Source: Candidatus Undinarchaeota archaeon (GTDB taxonomy: Archaea > SpSt-1190 > JASMDC01). Taken from it: a stretch of DNA of 64,000 bases. Made by a program: the position numbers and the translations under genes. This document shows positions 9,819 through 19,377 of this stretch, piece by piece. The stretch covers positions 42,592 through 106,591 of the forward strand of contig CAZFHY010000016.1 in assembly GCA_964519305.1 (NCBI GenBank). The letters run 5' to 3'. The notes under the pieces were generated by a model, which saw only the letters and a list, made by a program, of their open reading frames with translations, did no database searches and was not told the origin of the DNA. The stretch's first letter is position 1; every line of letters starts with the position of its first letter.

Positions 9819-10865
9819 ATGGGCTACGCCAACCCCAAGGTTCAACAGATTCACGACCAGACCGTGATGTTCGCACGGTCGGTCTATTCGGTCTTCATCC
9901 TCGGGTTGATGACCCAGCTCATGGCAACGTCACGCGGTCTTGCCGACGCACTCTACATGGGCTTCACCTACATGCGCTGGCTGGACGACATCTGCGACGA
10001 GTCGCCCATGCCCATGGAGGAGAAGCTCGCCCTCCTCGAGGAGAACATCTCCCGGCTCCGGCGCTGGAAGACCGAGGACCTCGACGAGGTCGGCCTCTTC
10101 ACCCTTCGCGTCGAGGAACGGTGCGCGTACTTCTTCGTGAAGGACTCGATCCAGGTGCTGAAGGCGCGTGGCATGAGGGACAAGCGTATCGACGAGTATC
10201 TGGAGAACTTCTTCGAGATGATCACGTCCATCGAGGTGGACACCAAGAACCACGGGCGGATCATCCCCTCCAAGGAGTTCTACGAGCACGTCTACTACAA
10301 GCGCGCTGGCGTCGGGTTCATGACCTCGCCCTACCTCACGCTCAACGAACCCTCGGACAACCTCATCAAGGCCTTCGAGTACTTCGGCTACCTCTGGCAG
10401 GTCAACAACGACAACATCGGTATCGCCAAGGACCTGAACTGCGACATGTACAACATCACCAAGGAGGAGGTCGAGAAGCACAACATCGACTTCGACAGCT
10501 TCCGGGGGGACTACAACCAGCTGGTCCTGTACCTCGGTCGCGAGACCACCTTCTTCGAGGACCGGGTCAACCTCCTCAAGCGCTGGGGCACCATCGTGAA
10601 AGATAACATCGGCGATCTGCCCTTCTTCCAGCGGGTCCTCGCGCGACGCGCGGTGAACCTCATGACGCCCGACGACTTCAAGCCGGGATCGACCCACTAC
10701 GATCTGCTGATCGCCATCTACTCGTTCAACAAGGACAAGTACCAATACATGGCCTGGATATCCACCATATTCATGCCCGAGTGGTTCGAGCTGTTCCTGC
10801 TACGTCACGTGATAGGGGTCGGGCCGGCCAGTACTACCGCCACCGACGCGGTCACCACGGCCTGA
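9819..10865 (+). CDS. squalene/phytoene synthase-like (head-to-head isoprenoid synthase fold) protein
   Basis: RWLDDICDE (DDxxD), YYKRAGVGFM (cf. YCYxVAGxVG), GYLWQVNN...KDL (cf. GxALQLTNILRD..ED); TTTATATA box at ~9786-9793. Confidence 0.7.
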   Translation: MGYANPKVQQIHDQTVMFARSVYSVFILGLMTQLMATSRGLADALYMGFTYMRWLDDICDESPMPMEEKLALLEENISRLRRWKTEDLDEVGLFTLRVEERCAYFFVKDSIQVLKARGMRDKRIDEYLENFFEMITSIEVDTKNHGRIIPSKEFYEHVYYKRAGVGFMTSPYLTLNEPSDNLIKAFEYFGYLWQVNNDNIGIAKDLNCDMYNITKEEVEKHNIDFDSFRGDYNQLVLYLGRETTFFEDRVNLLKRWGTIVKDNIGDLPFFQRVLARRAVNLMTPDDFKPGSTHYDLLIAIYSFNKDKYQYMAWISTIFMPEWFELFLLRHVIGVGPASTTATDAVTTA

Positions 10866-10872
10866 GCGGTCC

Positions 10873-11532
10873 CTACCGGGGACGGCCCATCCACTTGCCC
10901 GGGAACCTGGCAGCACGCAACAGCTGCACGTGCACCCGGGTGACGAGGGATATCTCGCTGCCCCCTGCGTGGACGCGACCCTTCCGCAGGTGCTCGAGCA
11001 CATCATCGACGCTATCCGCCGACGGGACCTCGGTCCATCCCGCTCCCACCTGGGCCGTGACATGTGCATCGCTCCCGCCGGTGCCCATGAGACCGAGCCG
11101 GTGCGCATTGGTCCGGGCCTCATGGTTGCTCCCGGGGAACAGCGAGGCGTTGAACACCTCGAGCCCGTCAAGGGGTAGCTTTTCAACGAGCGTGCCCAGG
11201 CCGTGCTTGTTGCGGAGGATGCCGGTGAACGGGTGCGGGGCGACGGCCACGCCGCCCTGGTCATGGATCGACTCGATGACCTCTTCTGGTGTTCCCGAGG
11301 GGACACTGGTGACACCGTAGGCGAGGATCTCTCCGACGTGGGTCATGACCTCGACACCGGGGATAATGAGACAAGGACCGTTCACGGGCCGCTTATGGGC
11401 CGCCAGCGTGCCATGGTCGGTGATGGCGATGCCGGCGAGCCCGTGGGCAACAGCAGCGCGGAGTAGGGCGCGTGGATCGTCGACGCCGTCACGGCTGTGA
11501 CAGGAGTGGGTATGGAGATCGAGCCGTGGCAT
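10873..11532 (-). CDS. PHP-domain phosphoesterase
   Basis: DLHTHS, ITDH, PGVEV, PHPF, GGSDAH motifs. Confidence 0.9.
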   Translation of the reverse strand: MPRLDLHTHSCHSRDGVDDPRALLRAAVAHGLAGIAITDHGTLAAHKRPVNGPCLIIPGVEVMTHVGEILAYGVTSVPSGTPEEVIESIHDQGGVAVAPHPFTGILRNKHGLGTLVEKLPLDGLEVFNASLFPGSNHEARTNAHRLGLMGTGGSDAHVTAQVGAGWTEVPSADSVDDVLEHLRKGRVHAGGSEISLVTRVHVQLLRAARFPGKWMGRPR

Positions 11533-11568
11533 CCCGGTGTTGGGGATGTTGCGTCGAGGTTAAATACC

Positions 11569-12081
11569 CTACGTCCAGGAGCTGATGGCCTCTTCCATAT
11601 GGTCGATATAGGAACTGATCTCCTCCGCTACGAAGGAGTTGTCGACCATGTCCAGACGATCGCCACAGTCCGGGCAGCTGAACTCCATCTCGAACGCGTT
11701 CTCGAACGCTACACGAGTGCATCCAGTATCACACGTGAACATGTTCTCATGCGTCTCGTTCATCAGCTTCTCCCGTAGCATGTTGATGGTCTGACGCCGT
11801 CTCTCCACCAGGATATGTGACAGCTTGGACTCGTTCAGGCTCCAGATATACATGAGCTTCTCGGTCTTTTCGCACTTCCGCTTCTCGAAGCCCACTACGT
11901 TCTTGTCGTACAGCCGATAGAGAATGCCCCTTGCCTTGTTCCAGGACAGTCCCATGACCTGTGCCAGATTGAAATCCGAGATCTCGCCTTTGGTCCGTAG
12001 GATCCGTACTACGTCCAAGGCCTTCAGCCCTCCGATTCCCGTCAGCACCTCTACCAGCATTGGATCAGCAAATATCTCCAT
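11569..12081 (-). CDS. tfe: transcription initiation factor E alpha (TFE)
   Basis: wHTH (RGILYRLYD...YIW) plus Zn ribbon (FTC...FENAFEMEFSCPDCG); GGAGGG RBS. Confidence 0.92.
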   Translation of the reverse strand: MEIFADPMLVEVLTGIGGLKALDVVRILRTKGEISDFNLAQVMGLSWNKARGILYRLYDKNVVGFEKRKCEKTEKLMYIWSLNESKLSHILVERRRQTINMLREKLMNETHENMFTCDTGCTRVAFENAFEMEFSCPDCGDRLDMVDNSFVAEEISSYIDHMEEAISSWT

Positions 12082-12173
12082 ATTAAACCCTCCGTCACTA
12101 CTCTCCAGTTGTACATACTATTGTTGGAAGTTGTATATAAAGGTTTCGTTTATTTACCATTCCAGAGTAGTAA

Positions 12174-13547
12174 CTACTTCCGAAGGATCCCCTTGCCAGC
12201 AAGGATACCGGTCGCAGCGGCCCCGACGATGCCTCTTGACACACCTGCACCGTCGCCGGCAACGAACATCCCCTTGAGGGATGTTTCCATGGACGGGCCG
12301 ACCTTCATGCGCATGGCGTGGAACTTGACCTCCGGTGCGTAGAGCAGGGTAGCGTCCGAGGCCACGCCCGGTACGGTGTGGTCGAGCATGTCGAGCCCCT
12401 CCGTGATCCCGGTCACGATGCGGCTGGGCAGGGCCATGGAGATGTCGCCCGGTGTCACCGAGTGGAGCGTGGGCCGCACGTAGCTGCGTTCGATCCGGCT
12501 CGTGCTGGAGCGGCGTCCCTTGCGCAGGTCGCCCAGGCGCTGGAGGATGGGCTTACCCCCGCCGATGGTGGAGGCGAGCTTGGCGATAGAGCTGCCGTAG
12601 GCGATGGTGTTCTCCATAGGTTCTGTGAGCCCTATGCGGGTGAGGAAGGCGAAGTTGGTGTTCTGCGAGTGACGGCCGCGCATGGAATGACCGTTGACGA
12701 GCACGAAGTCGTCATGGCGCTCTTCCACGACGTACCCTCCGGGACACGTGCAGAACGTACGCACGAAGTCGTCGTACGTACCGGTGCGGATGTGGAACTT
12801 AGGGTCCCAGTTGATCTCGGTGACGTCGTGCATGATGACCTCGGGCACCTCGACACGTACGCCAACGTCGATGGGATTGTAGGTGACGTCGATACCGAGC
12901 GTACGGGCCTGGTTGTCCAGCCATTTGGCGCCCACGCGTCCGGTGGCTATTAGGAGGTTATCGCACTTGATGGTCGAACCGTCGATCTTGATGCCCTTCA
13001 CGCGCCCCTTATCAGCGACGATGTCAGATGCCTCGTTCTTGAGCAGGAAGTCGATCCCGTCGGCCTTGAGCTCGTTCATGAGGTTGGTTATGACCGAGGG
13101 CAGGTGGTCCGAACCGATGTGACGCTGCTTGATGGGGATGAACCTGATGCCGTTCTTTGCCGCGTGCTTGGCGAGCCGGCGGGTGGCGGCCTTGTCGAAG
13201 CTGAGCTCGTCGGGCGCACCGTGGCGGATGAAGACCTTGTCCACCTCGTCGATGAGGCCGTAAGCCTCCTCGTCGGTCTTTGTGAACTCGGTGAGGTCGC
13301 CCCCGATACGGGGGTCGAGATTGAGCTTCCCGTCGGAGAACAGCCCTGATCCGCCGACCCCGTACATGAGGTCGCAGGAATTACAGTTGTGGCAGAAGCC
13401 CTTGTCGACCTCCGGGCAGTGGCGTTTGTTGGGTTCCTTACCCCTGTCGACGACCAGTATCTTGAGGCCTTTTCCGGCAAGGGTGTGAGCGGCCAGAAGT
13501 CCGCCAGGACCGGCACCCACTATCACCACGTCATATGAGCGTGTCAC
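12174..13547 (-). CDS. NAD(P)/FAD-dependent oxidoreductase (uncharacterised archaeal FAD dehydrogenase family)
   Basis: GAGPGG, GVGGSGLFSDGKL, RTFCTCPGG, LLYAPEVKF, AGDGAGVSRGI; GTG start at 13547 inferred from TATA spacing. Confidence 0.9.
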   Translation of the reverse strand: MTRSYDVVIVGAGPGGLLAAHTLAGKGLKILVVDRGKEPNKRHCPEVDKGFCHNCNSCDLMYGVGGSGLFSDGKLNLDPRIGGDLTEFTKTDEEAYGLIDEVDKVFIRHGAPDELSFDKAATRRLAKHAAKNGIRFIPIKQRHIGSDHLPSVITNLMNELKADGIDFLLKNEASDIVADKGRVKGIKIDGSTIKCDNLLIATGRVGAKWLDNQARTLGIDVTYNPIDVGVRVEVPEVIMHDVTEINWDPKFHIRTGTYDDFVRTFCTCPGGYVVEERHDDFVLVNGHSMRGRHSQNTNFAFLTRIGLTEPMENTIAYGSSIAKLASTIGGGKPILQRLGDLRKGRRSSTSRIERSYVRPTLHSVTPGDISMALPSRIVTGITEGLDMLDHTVPGVASDATLLYAPEVKFHAMRMKVGPSMETSLKGMFVAGDGAGVSRGIVGAAATGILAGKGILRK

Positions 13548-13649
13548 GGGCCTTCCGTCCCCTCTAAACATTTATTAATGTGCCGGGGACGGCACCGGCC
13601 TTCCGCACCCCGCAGAAAGGTTTAAGACCGTTGGCCCCGAGGCCCTTGG

Positions 13650-13928
13650 ATGACGAAGTCGGGACCTCGGTTCCTGCTCGTTCTGGTGGGAGCGACGGCG
13701 ATGCTGTACGCTCTCGACCGGATCACCGGGATGGACCCGGCGTTCTACCAGAGCGTGCTGTTCCTGTTCGTCCTGACGGCGTCGTCGGCGTACATATTCC
13801 TTGGAGGCGAACGTGATGAAGGAGAAGACGAAGGTACTACTGATCATCTGCGACGGGCTGGGCGGACGTCCGGTGGAGGCACTGGGGGGTCTGACCCCTC
13901 TGGAGGTCGCACGGACGCCGAACCTTGA
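13650..13928 (+). CDS. possible small membrane protein overlapping the apgM 5' end
   Basis: ATG ~25 nt after TTTAA (13621); two hydrophobic helices; tail overlaps apgM. Confidence 0.4.
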   Translation: MTKSGPRFLLVLVGATAMLYALDRITGMDPAFYQSVLFLFVLTASSAYIFLGGERDEGEDEGTTDHLRRAGRTSGGGTGGSDPSGGRTDAEP

Positions 13929-15045
13929 CCGGTTGGCGGCCAACGGTATCAGCGGTCTGATGGACACCATCCGTCCCGGCGTGGTGCCGGGCAGCGACGT
14001 GGCCCATCTGGCCATCCTCGGGTACGATCCTTACGAGGTCTACACGGGGCGCGGGCCGTTCGAGGCAGCCGGAGTGGGCATCGAGCTCAAGGCCGGTGAC
14101 ATAGCGTTCCGCTGCAACTTCGGTTCCGTGGACGATGCCGGGACCGTGACCGACCGACGCGCGGGAAGGATCAAGGACGCCTCGCCGTTCGATGACGTGC
14201 TCGGCGCAATAGAGCTCGACGGTGCAACGCTGCAGTTCAAGGCGGGCACCGAGCACCGGGGAGCGTTGGTGCTCAGGGGCGAAGGTCTTTCTGCGGCCGT
14301 GGGCCCGCTCGATCCAAAGAAGGAGGGCAAGCCGCTCAAGGAGTGCAAACCACTGGACGACACTCCCGAGGCCGCCAGGACGGCCAACATCCTCAACCAG
14401 TTCTCGGACAAGGCGCGCGAGGCGCTCGGGGCCCATCCTCTCAATGAACAGCGTCTTGCCGAGGGCAAGCTGCCCGCCAACGCGCTGCTCATCCGCGGCG
14501 CGGGTGTCGTACCGCACATCCCCGACTTCGAGGAGCGGTTCGAGCTCAAGGCGGCCTGTATCTCGGGCGCTGCCTTCTATGCCGGTATCGCCCGGTCCAT
14601 GGGCATGGACATCGTGAAGGTCAAGGGTGCCACCGGCGGGCTGGACACGGACGTGAGCGTCAAGATAGATGGGGCCTGCAAGCTTCTGGTCAAGGGCTAC
14701 GACCTGGTGTTCGTGCACGTCAAGGCGACCGACAACCTCGGCCACGACGGGAAGGCCGTCGAGAAGGCGGAGATGATCGAACGCATCGACGACGCGCTGG
14801 ACGAAATGCCCCCCGAGGGGACGCTCATCGTACTGACCGGCGACCACTCGACGCCGTGCGAGATGCGCGACCACTCGGCCGATCCCGTACCCATCGTCAT
14901 GAGCGGTCCGGGTGTGCGCCCCGACGCGGTGGACTCGTTCGGGGAGAGGCCTGCAATGGCAGGCGGTCTGGGCCGTCTCAGAGGCATCGAGGTGATACCC
15001 ACCATCCTGGGCATTACCGGACGTGCCAAGAAGTACGGTGCCTGA
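13816..15045 (+). CDS. apgM: 2,3-bisphosphoglycerate-independent phosphoglycerate mutase (archaeal type)
   Basis: DGLGG, TPLEVARTPNLD, PGSDVAHL, YTGRGPFEAAG, DNLGHDG, GDHSTP, HSADPVP; GGAGG RBS. Confidence 0.95.
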   Translation: MKEKTKVLLIICDGLGGRPVEALGGLTPLEVARTPNLDRLAANGISGLMDTIRPGVVPGSDVAHLAILGYDPYEVYTGRGPFEAAGVGIELKAGDIAFRCNFGSVDDAGTVTDRRAGRIKDASPFDDVLGAIELDGATLQFKAGTEHRGALVLRGEGLSAAVGPLDPKKEGKPLKECKPLDDTPEAARTANILNQFSDKAREALGAHPLNEQRLAEGKLPANALLIRGAGVVPHIPDFEERFELKAACISGAAFYAGIARSMGMDIVKVKGATGGLDTDVSVKIDGACKLLVKGYDLVFVHVKATDNLGHDGKAVEKAEMIERIDDALDEMPPEGTLIVLTGDHSTPCEMRDHSADPVPIVMSGPGVRPDAVDSFGERPAMAGGLGRLRGIEVIPTILGITGRAKKYGA

Positions 15046-15056
15046 GGCGAGAACGC

Positions 15057-15956
15057 GTGCGTATCCTCTACCTCTCCGACATACACGGCAACCTCCTCCT
15101 CCTGCGTCGCGCGCTTGCGATCGCGCAGGAGAAGAAGGCCGACCTGGTGGTGCTCGGCGGCGACCTGTGCTGCCGGCTCGACCTCCACATAGTCGTGTCC
15201 GAGGGGGACGCGCACGTGCACTTCGACGAGGAGCTGGAGGACGGCGAGGATATCGAGGACCCGCAGGAGGTGGAGAGGTCCCTTTGGGAGCAGGGCATAC
15301 CATGCATGGTGGTCGATGTGGAGGAGCTCGAGGCCTTGCAGGAGGAGCTTGCTGATCCCGAACTGGGGGCCGGTTTCTACGACGGGCTCCAGATGCAATC
15401 ACTGCAATTGGTGGCCGACGCGATCAATGCATCGCCCGTACCCGTCGTGTGCATACCCGGTAACGATGATCCCGAAGGCACGGACGCCATGCTCAAGAAG
15501 CTGAAGGTGACCAGCCTCCACGGCCGTACCAAGCGCGTGAAGGGATACACCTTCGTCGGTTTCGGAGGTATCAATTTCACACCATTGCGGACCACCAACC
15601 TCGAGTTCGAGGAGCTGGAGCTGAGAGAACAGATCGTCAAGACGTCGAAGAAGGCCAAGCCGCCTGTCGTGCTCGTCGTCCACGCACCGCCGCTGAACAC
15701 CAACCTCGACGAGGTGCCCTCGGGCAGGCACGTTGGGAGCTCGGGAGTGCGGGACGCGATCAAGGACGTGAAGCCCGTGCTCTCCCTGCACGGCCATATC
15801 CACGAATCGGTTGGGATGGACCGTATAGGTCCGACGATGTGCGTGAACACCGGCAGTTTCTACGAGGACGACCTGCTCTCGGCCGCCGTTATCGAGCTTT
15901 CGGGCAAGGACGTGAGCGTCAAGTTCCTGTCGGAGGAATGCGAGCCCGGGAAATGA
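15057..15956 (+). CDS. metallophosphoesterase (calcineurin-like)
   Basis: SDIHG, GGDL, PGNDD, HAPP, HGHIHE; GTG start just after apgM. Confidence 0.9.
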   Translation: MRILYLSDIHGNLLLLRRALAIAQEKKADLVVLGGDLCCRLDLHIVVSEGDAHVHFDEELEDGEDIEDPQEVERSLWEQGIPCMVVDVEELEALQEELADPELGAGFYDGLQMQSLQLVADAINASPVPVVCIPGNDDPEGTDAMLKKLKVTSLHGRTKRVKGYTFVGFGGINFTPLRTTNLEFEELELREQIVKTSKKAKPPVVLVVHAPPLNTNLDEVPSGRHVGSSGVRDAIKDVKPVLSLHGHIHESVGMDRIGPTMCVNTGSFYEDDLLSAAVIELSGKDVSVKFLSEECEPGK

Positions 15957-16021
15957 GCCTTCCGGCCGGCAATCCCAAGCTTATTTAAAAGAACAACCTC
16001 TTTTGGTTGGAGGGAGTAGGT

Positions 16022-16741
16022 ATGTCAGGTAGCGTCATCATCATCGACCGGTGCGGGGACATCTCGCTGACCTCGTCCGAGCCTGGGGGCATCTCTGTCA
16101 TGGTCGAGGCCCTCCAGAGCAGGGATATCGAGGTCCGTATCTTCCGGGACAGGGAGTTCATCCAGACCGACCTCGACTGCGACTGCGTGTTCATCGCTTA
16201 TCCCACGGCGTCCTTCACCGAGACCGAGATAACCGCGCTCCACCGCTACGTCAACGCCGGTGGCGGTCTCTTCCTCATCGGCGAGTGGGGGAACACATCG
16301 AACAACACCAGCATCCTCAACTCTATCGCGGAAAAGTACTCTGTCGCCTTCAATCCCGACCGCATCTGCGATCCGCAGTACTTCATCCGGGACGGTTTCC
16401 AGTCCAAGATCTACGATGTGAAGGTATTCAACCTGCGCCAGCACCCCATCACCCGCGGTGTGCGCGAGTTCCGCATCGTGGCCGCATGCTCTCTCAACGC
16501 CCCGTACGACAACGTCATCGCGTGGGCTTCCAAGGCCTCTTTCGGCGACCTCGACTTCGACTCGGAGCAGGACGCCTACGAGGCCGGACAGTACCTGCCC
16601 GTAATGGCCACCGTTGAGTACGGCCGGGGGCGTGTGGCGTTCATCGGCGACCTGTCGTTCATGTCCAACCAGCACATCCTGAACATGAACAATGGTCAGT
16701 TGCTCATGAACATCATCCTCTTCCTCATGAAGAAGCTCTAG
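16022..16741 (+). CDS. DUF4350/GATase-like (class I glutamine amidotransferase-like fold) protein
   Basis: FTETEITALHRYVNAGGGLFLIGE, HPITRGV, GRGRVAFIGD...N...N.QLLMN. Confidence 0.75.
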   Translation: MSGSVIIIDRCGDISLTSSEPGGISVMVEALQSRDIEVRIFRDREFIQTDLDCDCVFIAYPTASFTETEITALHRYVNAGGGLFLIGEWGNTSNNTSILNSIAEKYSVAFNPDRICDPQYFIRDGFQSKIYDVKVFNLRQHPITRGVREFRIVAACSLNAPYDNVIAWASKASFGDLDFDSEQDAYEAGQYLPVMATVEYGRGRVAFIGDLSFMSNQHILNMNNGQLLMNIILFLMKKL

Positions 16742-16751
16742 GCTGGCCGGG

Positions 16752-17477
16752 ATGGAGCTCCTCCTCCTTGGCACGGGCAACGCTTTCACTCCACAGGGCA
16801 GACTGTGGTCGGGAGCGCTCCTCGACGGCCGTCTCCTCCTCGACTGCCCGGCCACCACGCTCCCCCGCCTGCGCGAGCACGGAATAGATCCCTGTTGCAT
16901 AGATGGCGTCGTTCTATCGCATGGGCACTTCGACCATATCGCCGGCCTGCCCTTCCTGCTCCTCGAGTACCGCTTCCGGACGCCGCGGGACGGGCCGCTG
17001 ACAGTGGCCTGCCATCCGGGGACCTGGGCCGCGGTACAACGCCTCATCGAGCTCTCGTATCCCGGTACGTTCCCTCCCGACTTGCTGGAGGGGCTGTTGC
17101 TGCATCATCCGGGAAAGGAGGGTGCAGTTGCGGGCATCGATTTCCATCGCATGCCGGTCCACCACACGTCGCATCTGCCCTGCTGTGGCTACCGTCTGTC
17201 GTGCGGTCCGACGACGCTCGCCTATACGGGGGATACAGGCCCCGGACCCGAGCTCGACGCCCTTCTTGACGGTGCGGACGTGGCGCTCATCGAGGTGGGC
17301 GAGCGCGAACCGGTGGGCGGGCACTGCTGCCCGGCGACCATCCGGGAGCTGGCCGGTCGTTTCGGGAGCTGCCGCTTCCTGCTCACCCACGTGCACGAGG
17401 ACGATGGTGCTCTGACCTCGCTGGAGGACCTGTCAAACGTCCACCTGCTCAGTGACGGGGAGCGTGTGCAGCTCTAG
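16752..17477 (+). CDS. MBL-fold metallohydrolase, RNase Z/BN-like
   Basis: LLGTG, SHGHFDHIAG, YTGDT, LLTH. Confidence 0.85.
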   Translation: MELLLLGTGNAFTPQGRLWSGALLDGRLLLDCPATTLPRLREHGIDPCCIDGVVLSHGHFDHIAGLPFLLLEYRFRTPRDGPLTVACHPGTWAAVQRLIELSYPGTFPPDLLEGLLLHHPGKEGAVAGIDFHRMPVHHTSHLPCCGYRLSCGPTTLAYTGDTGPGPELDALLDGADVALIEVGEREPVGGHCCPATIRELAGRFGSCRFLLTHVHEDDGALTSLEDLSNVHLLSDGERVQL

Positions 17478-18811
17478 AACTTACCTGCCACCAGGTCGGC
17501 GGCGATCTTGCTCGCGCGTGAGGCCAGTTCTGCAGAGATCGTCCCATCTTCCACGGCCGCGCTCAGCTGCTCCTCGTTGACTATCTTGCGCTCACCTTCT
17601 TTCTCCACGACAGCGATGCCGAAGCTCACGTAGGACACGCCCTGCGGCCTGAGCTCGATGGGCGTACAGATAGTATGGTTGCGGAACGTCTCGTTCCCCT
17701 CCGGATCGAAGTAGATGGTGGGGAACGTCCATGCACCCTGTTGGATCTCCACTAGGGCAAGGTCGCCCACGTGGGTCGGGCCCATGAGCATGAGGTCGGT
17801 ACCGTCGAACGAGCGCACGTCGACCTCCCACGCCCGGCGCTTGCCGGTGACGGTCAGCTCCTCGATCTCGATAGTGGCCCCCGGACGCAGCTTCTGCAGC
17901 GCACGGCGGAGTATGGCGGAAGCACCCCGCTCACCCTTCTCGCCCAGCTCCTCGATGACCTCGATGGCGAACCCCGCCTCGGGTCCGAGAGAGGACAGGA
18001 AGTGGTGGTGCGGTATGGTGGGCGTCGAGACCGCACGCAGCTCGTCCAGACCCTCCATGGCCTCATAGGGGAAGAGCACCTTGAGGAAGTCGTGGGGCGA
18101 GTACAGCAGACCCACCTCGTCGTCGCCTTCCATGAGCTGCTCGAGCCGCTCGAGGATCTCCCGCTTCTCGATGACCTCTTTCTCCAGCGTCTTCACGTTG
18201 GCGTTCTGTGCCTCGATCTTCCAGTGGATGCCCCAGCTCACGGGCCGGAGTGTCTCTCCCAGCTGGATGAGCACGTCGGACCGCTCGGGGTCCATGCCAT
18301 CGGCCGCGGTGACGTCCGTCACCGATGAGAACACGAGGTGCCGGGACGGGACCGATATGGTCTGGCTGACGATGGGACGCAGCGGTGGACGCGGGACGTC
18401 AACGACCTGTATGATGGGCCGGTCGCCCTGCTCGAAGGACTGGTGTGTGAACTTGAACGGGAGGTAGCCTTCGCACACGTCCAGGTCCACGATAGCGCCC
18501 TCGTTGAGAAGATGGAGCACCTCGCCCCGGTAGATGTTGCCGATCTCGACGTAGTCGGTAGGGACGAGCGCACCGAGCCGGTCACGGATCGCGTTCGCGA
18601 CCGCGTCCCGCTCCGGACCCACCACGGACACACCGCGGTGGCTGGGAAGATGATGTACTATGTTATCGCCCGGGCTCTCGGCCCCACCGGTCACGGGCGC
18701 GAACCCGGCATCGGTGAGTAGCCTAGTCAGCGGCGTCGAAAAGGCGCCGCTGAGCCTGACCCGCGGGACGTTCTTCCCTTTGTTCTTCGTCTTCCCTTTG
18801 CTCGGGCTCAT
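17474..18811 (-). CDS. FAU-1-like RNA-binding protein/ribonuclease (RNase E/G N-terminal-like plus DUF402-like)
   Basis: VRLSGAFSTPLTRLL (cf. VRGIYSTALTKLL), S1 domain, WGIHW, PTIPHHH, ICTPIEL; start probably ATG 18811. Confidence 0.7.
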   Translation of the reverse strand: MSPSKGKTKNKGKNVPRVRLSGAFSTPLTRLLTDAGFAPVTGGAESPGDNIVHHLPSHRGVSVVGPERDAVANAIRDRLGALVPTDYVEIGNIYRGEVLHLLNEGAIVDLDVCEGYLPFKFTHQSFEQGDRPIIQVVDVPRPPLRPIVSQTISVPSRHLVFSSVTDVTAADGMDPERSDVLIQLGETLRPVSWGIHWKIEAQNANVKTLEKEVIEKREILERLEQLMEGDDEVGLLYSPHDFLKVLFPYEAMEGLDELRAVSTPTIPHHHFLSSLGPEAGFAIEVIEELGEKGERGASAILRRALQKLRPGATIEIEELTVTGKRRAWEVDVRSFDGTDLMLMGPTHVGDLALVEIQQGAWTFPTIYFDPEGNETFRNHTICTPIELRPQGVSYVSFGIAVVEKEGERKIVNEEQLSAAVEDGTISAELASRASKIAADLVAGKF

Positions 18812-19322
18812 GATGCATTTCCTCCCTTGTCCGTTCCTCGTGGCCCCCACTGACCTGGCGCCGCCCTTCGGCGGTGAGCTCCAGGTAATCGCCGTCCCAG
18901 CGGAGACGGTGTGAGCGGACGAGGACCTCGACGAGACGTCTTGCCTGGAACGCCTCGCCCACGACCCGGTTCTCGACCAGGAATCCCGCGGCCATGTCGC
19001 CGCGCACCCTCTTGGCCTGCTGGAACGCCTCCAGCGCCCGGACCATCCTGTCGGGCCGTCGTCGTCCGGCACCCAGCTCTTCTACGACCTGCTCGATATG
19101 CTTGTCCTCCTCCTCCACCTTCAGGCTGAGGGCCCTGAAGGACGGGCGGAGCTTGAGCACGATTAGGTCGGATAGGTCCTGGATGAAGGTCTCCAGATGT
19201 AGCGCGCGCCGTTCCCGCGACGAGAGCGCCCTGTCGAGCGCATCCGCGGCGGAGCGGAGCATACGGTCCTCGCGTTCCTGCTCTGAAAGGTCTCCGTCCA
19301 GCACGATGCCCCTCGGGAGCAT
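18723..19322 (-). CDS. hypothetical protein
   Basis: Coding-like ORF with a possible C-terminal wHTH (YLELTAEGR); overlaps the next gene by ~90 nt. Confidence 0.55.
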   Translation of the reverse strand: MLPRGIVLDGDLSEQEREDRMLRSAADALDRALSSRERRALHLETFIQDLSDLIVLKLRPSFRALSLKVEEEDKHIEQVVEELGAGRRRPDRMVRALEAFQQAKRVRGDMAAGFLVENRVVGEAFQARRLVEVLVRSHRLRWDGDYLELTAEGRRQVSGGHEERTREEMHHEPEQREDEEQREERPAGQAQRRLFDAAD

Positions 19323-19377
19323 GGCGTGAGAGGATATAAAAAGCTATCCCCACACCCCACGCCCACGGGTGTCCGTT

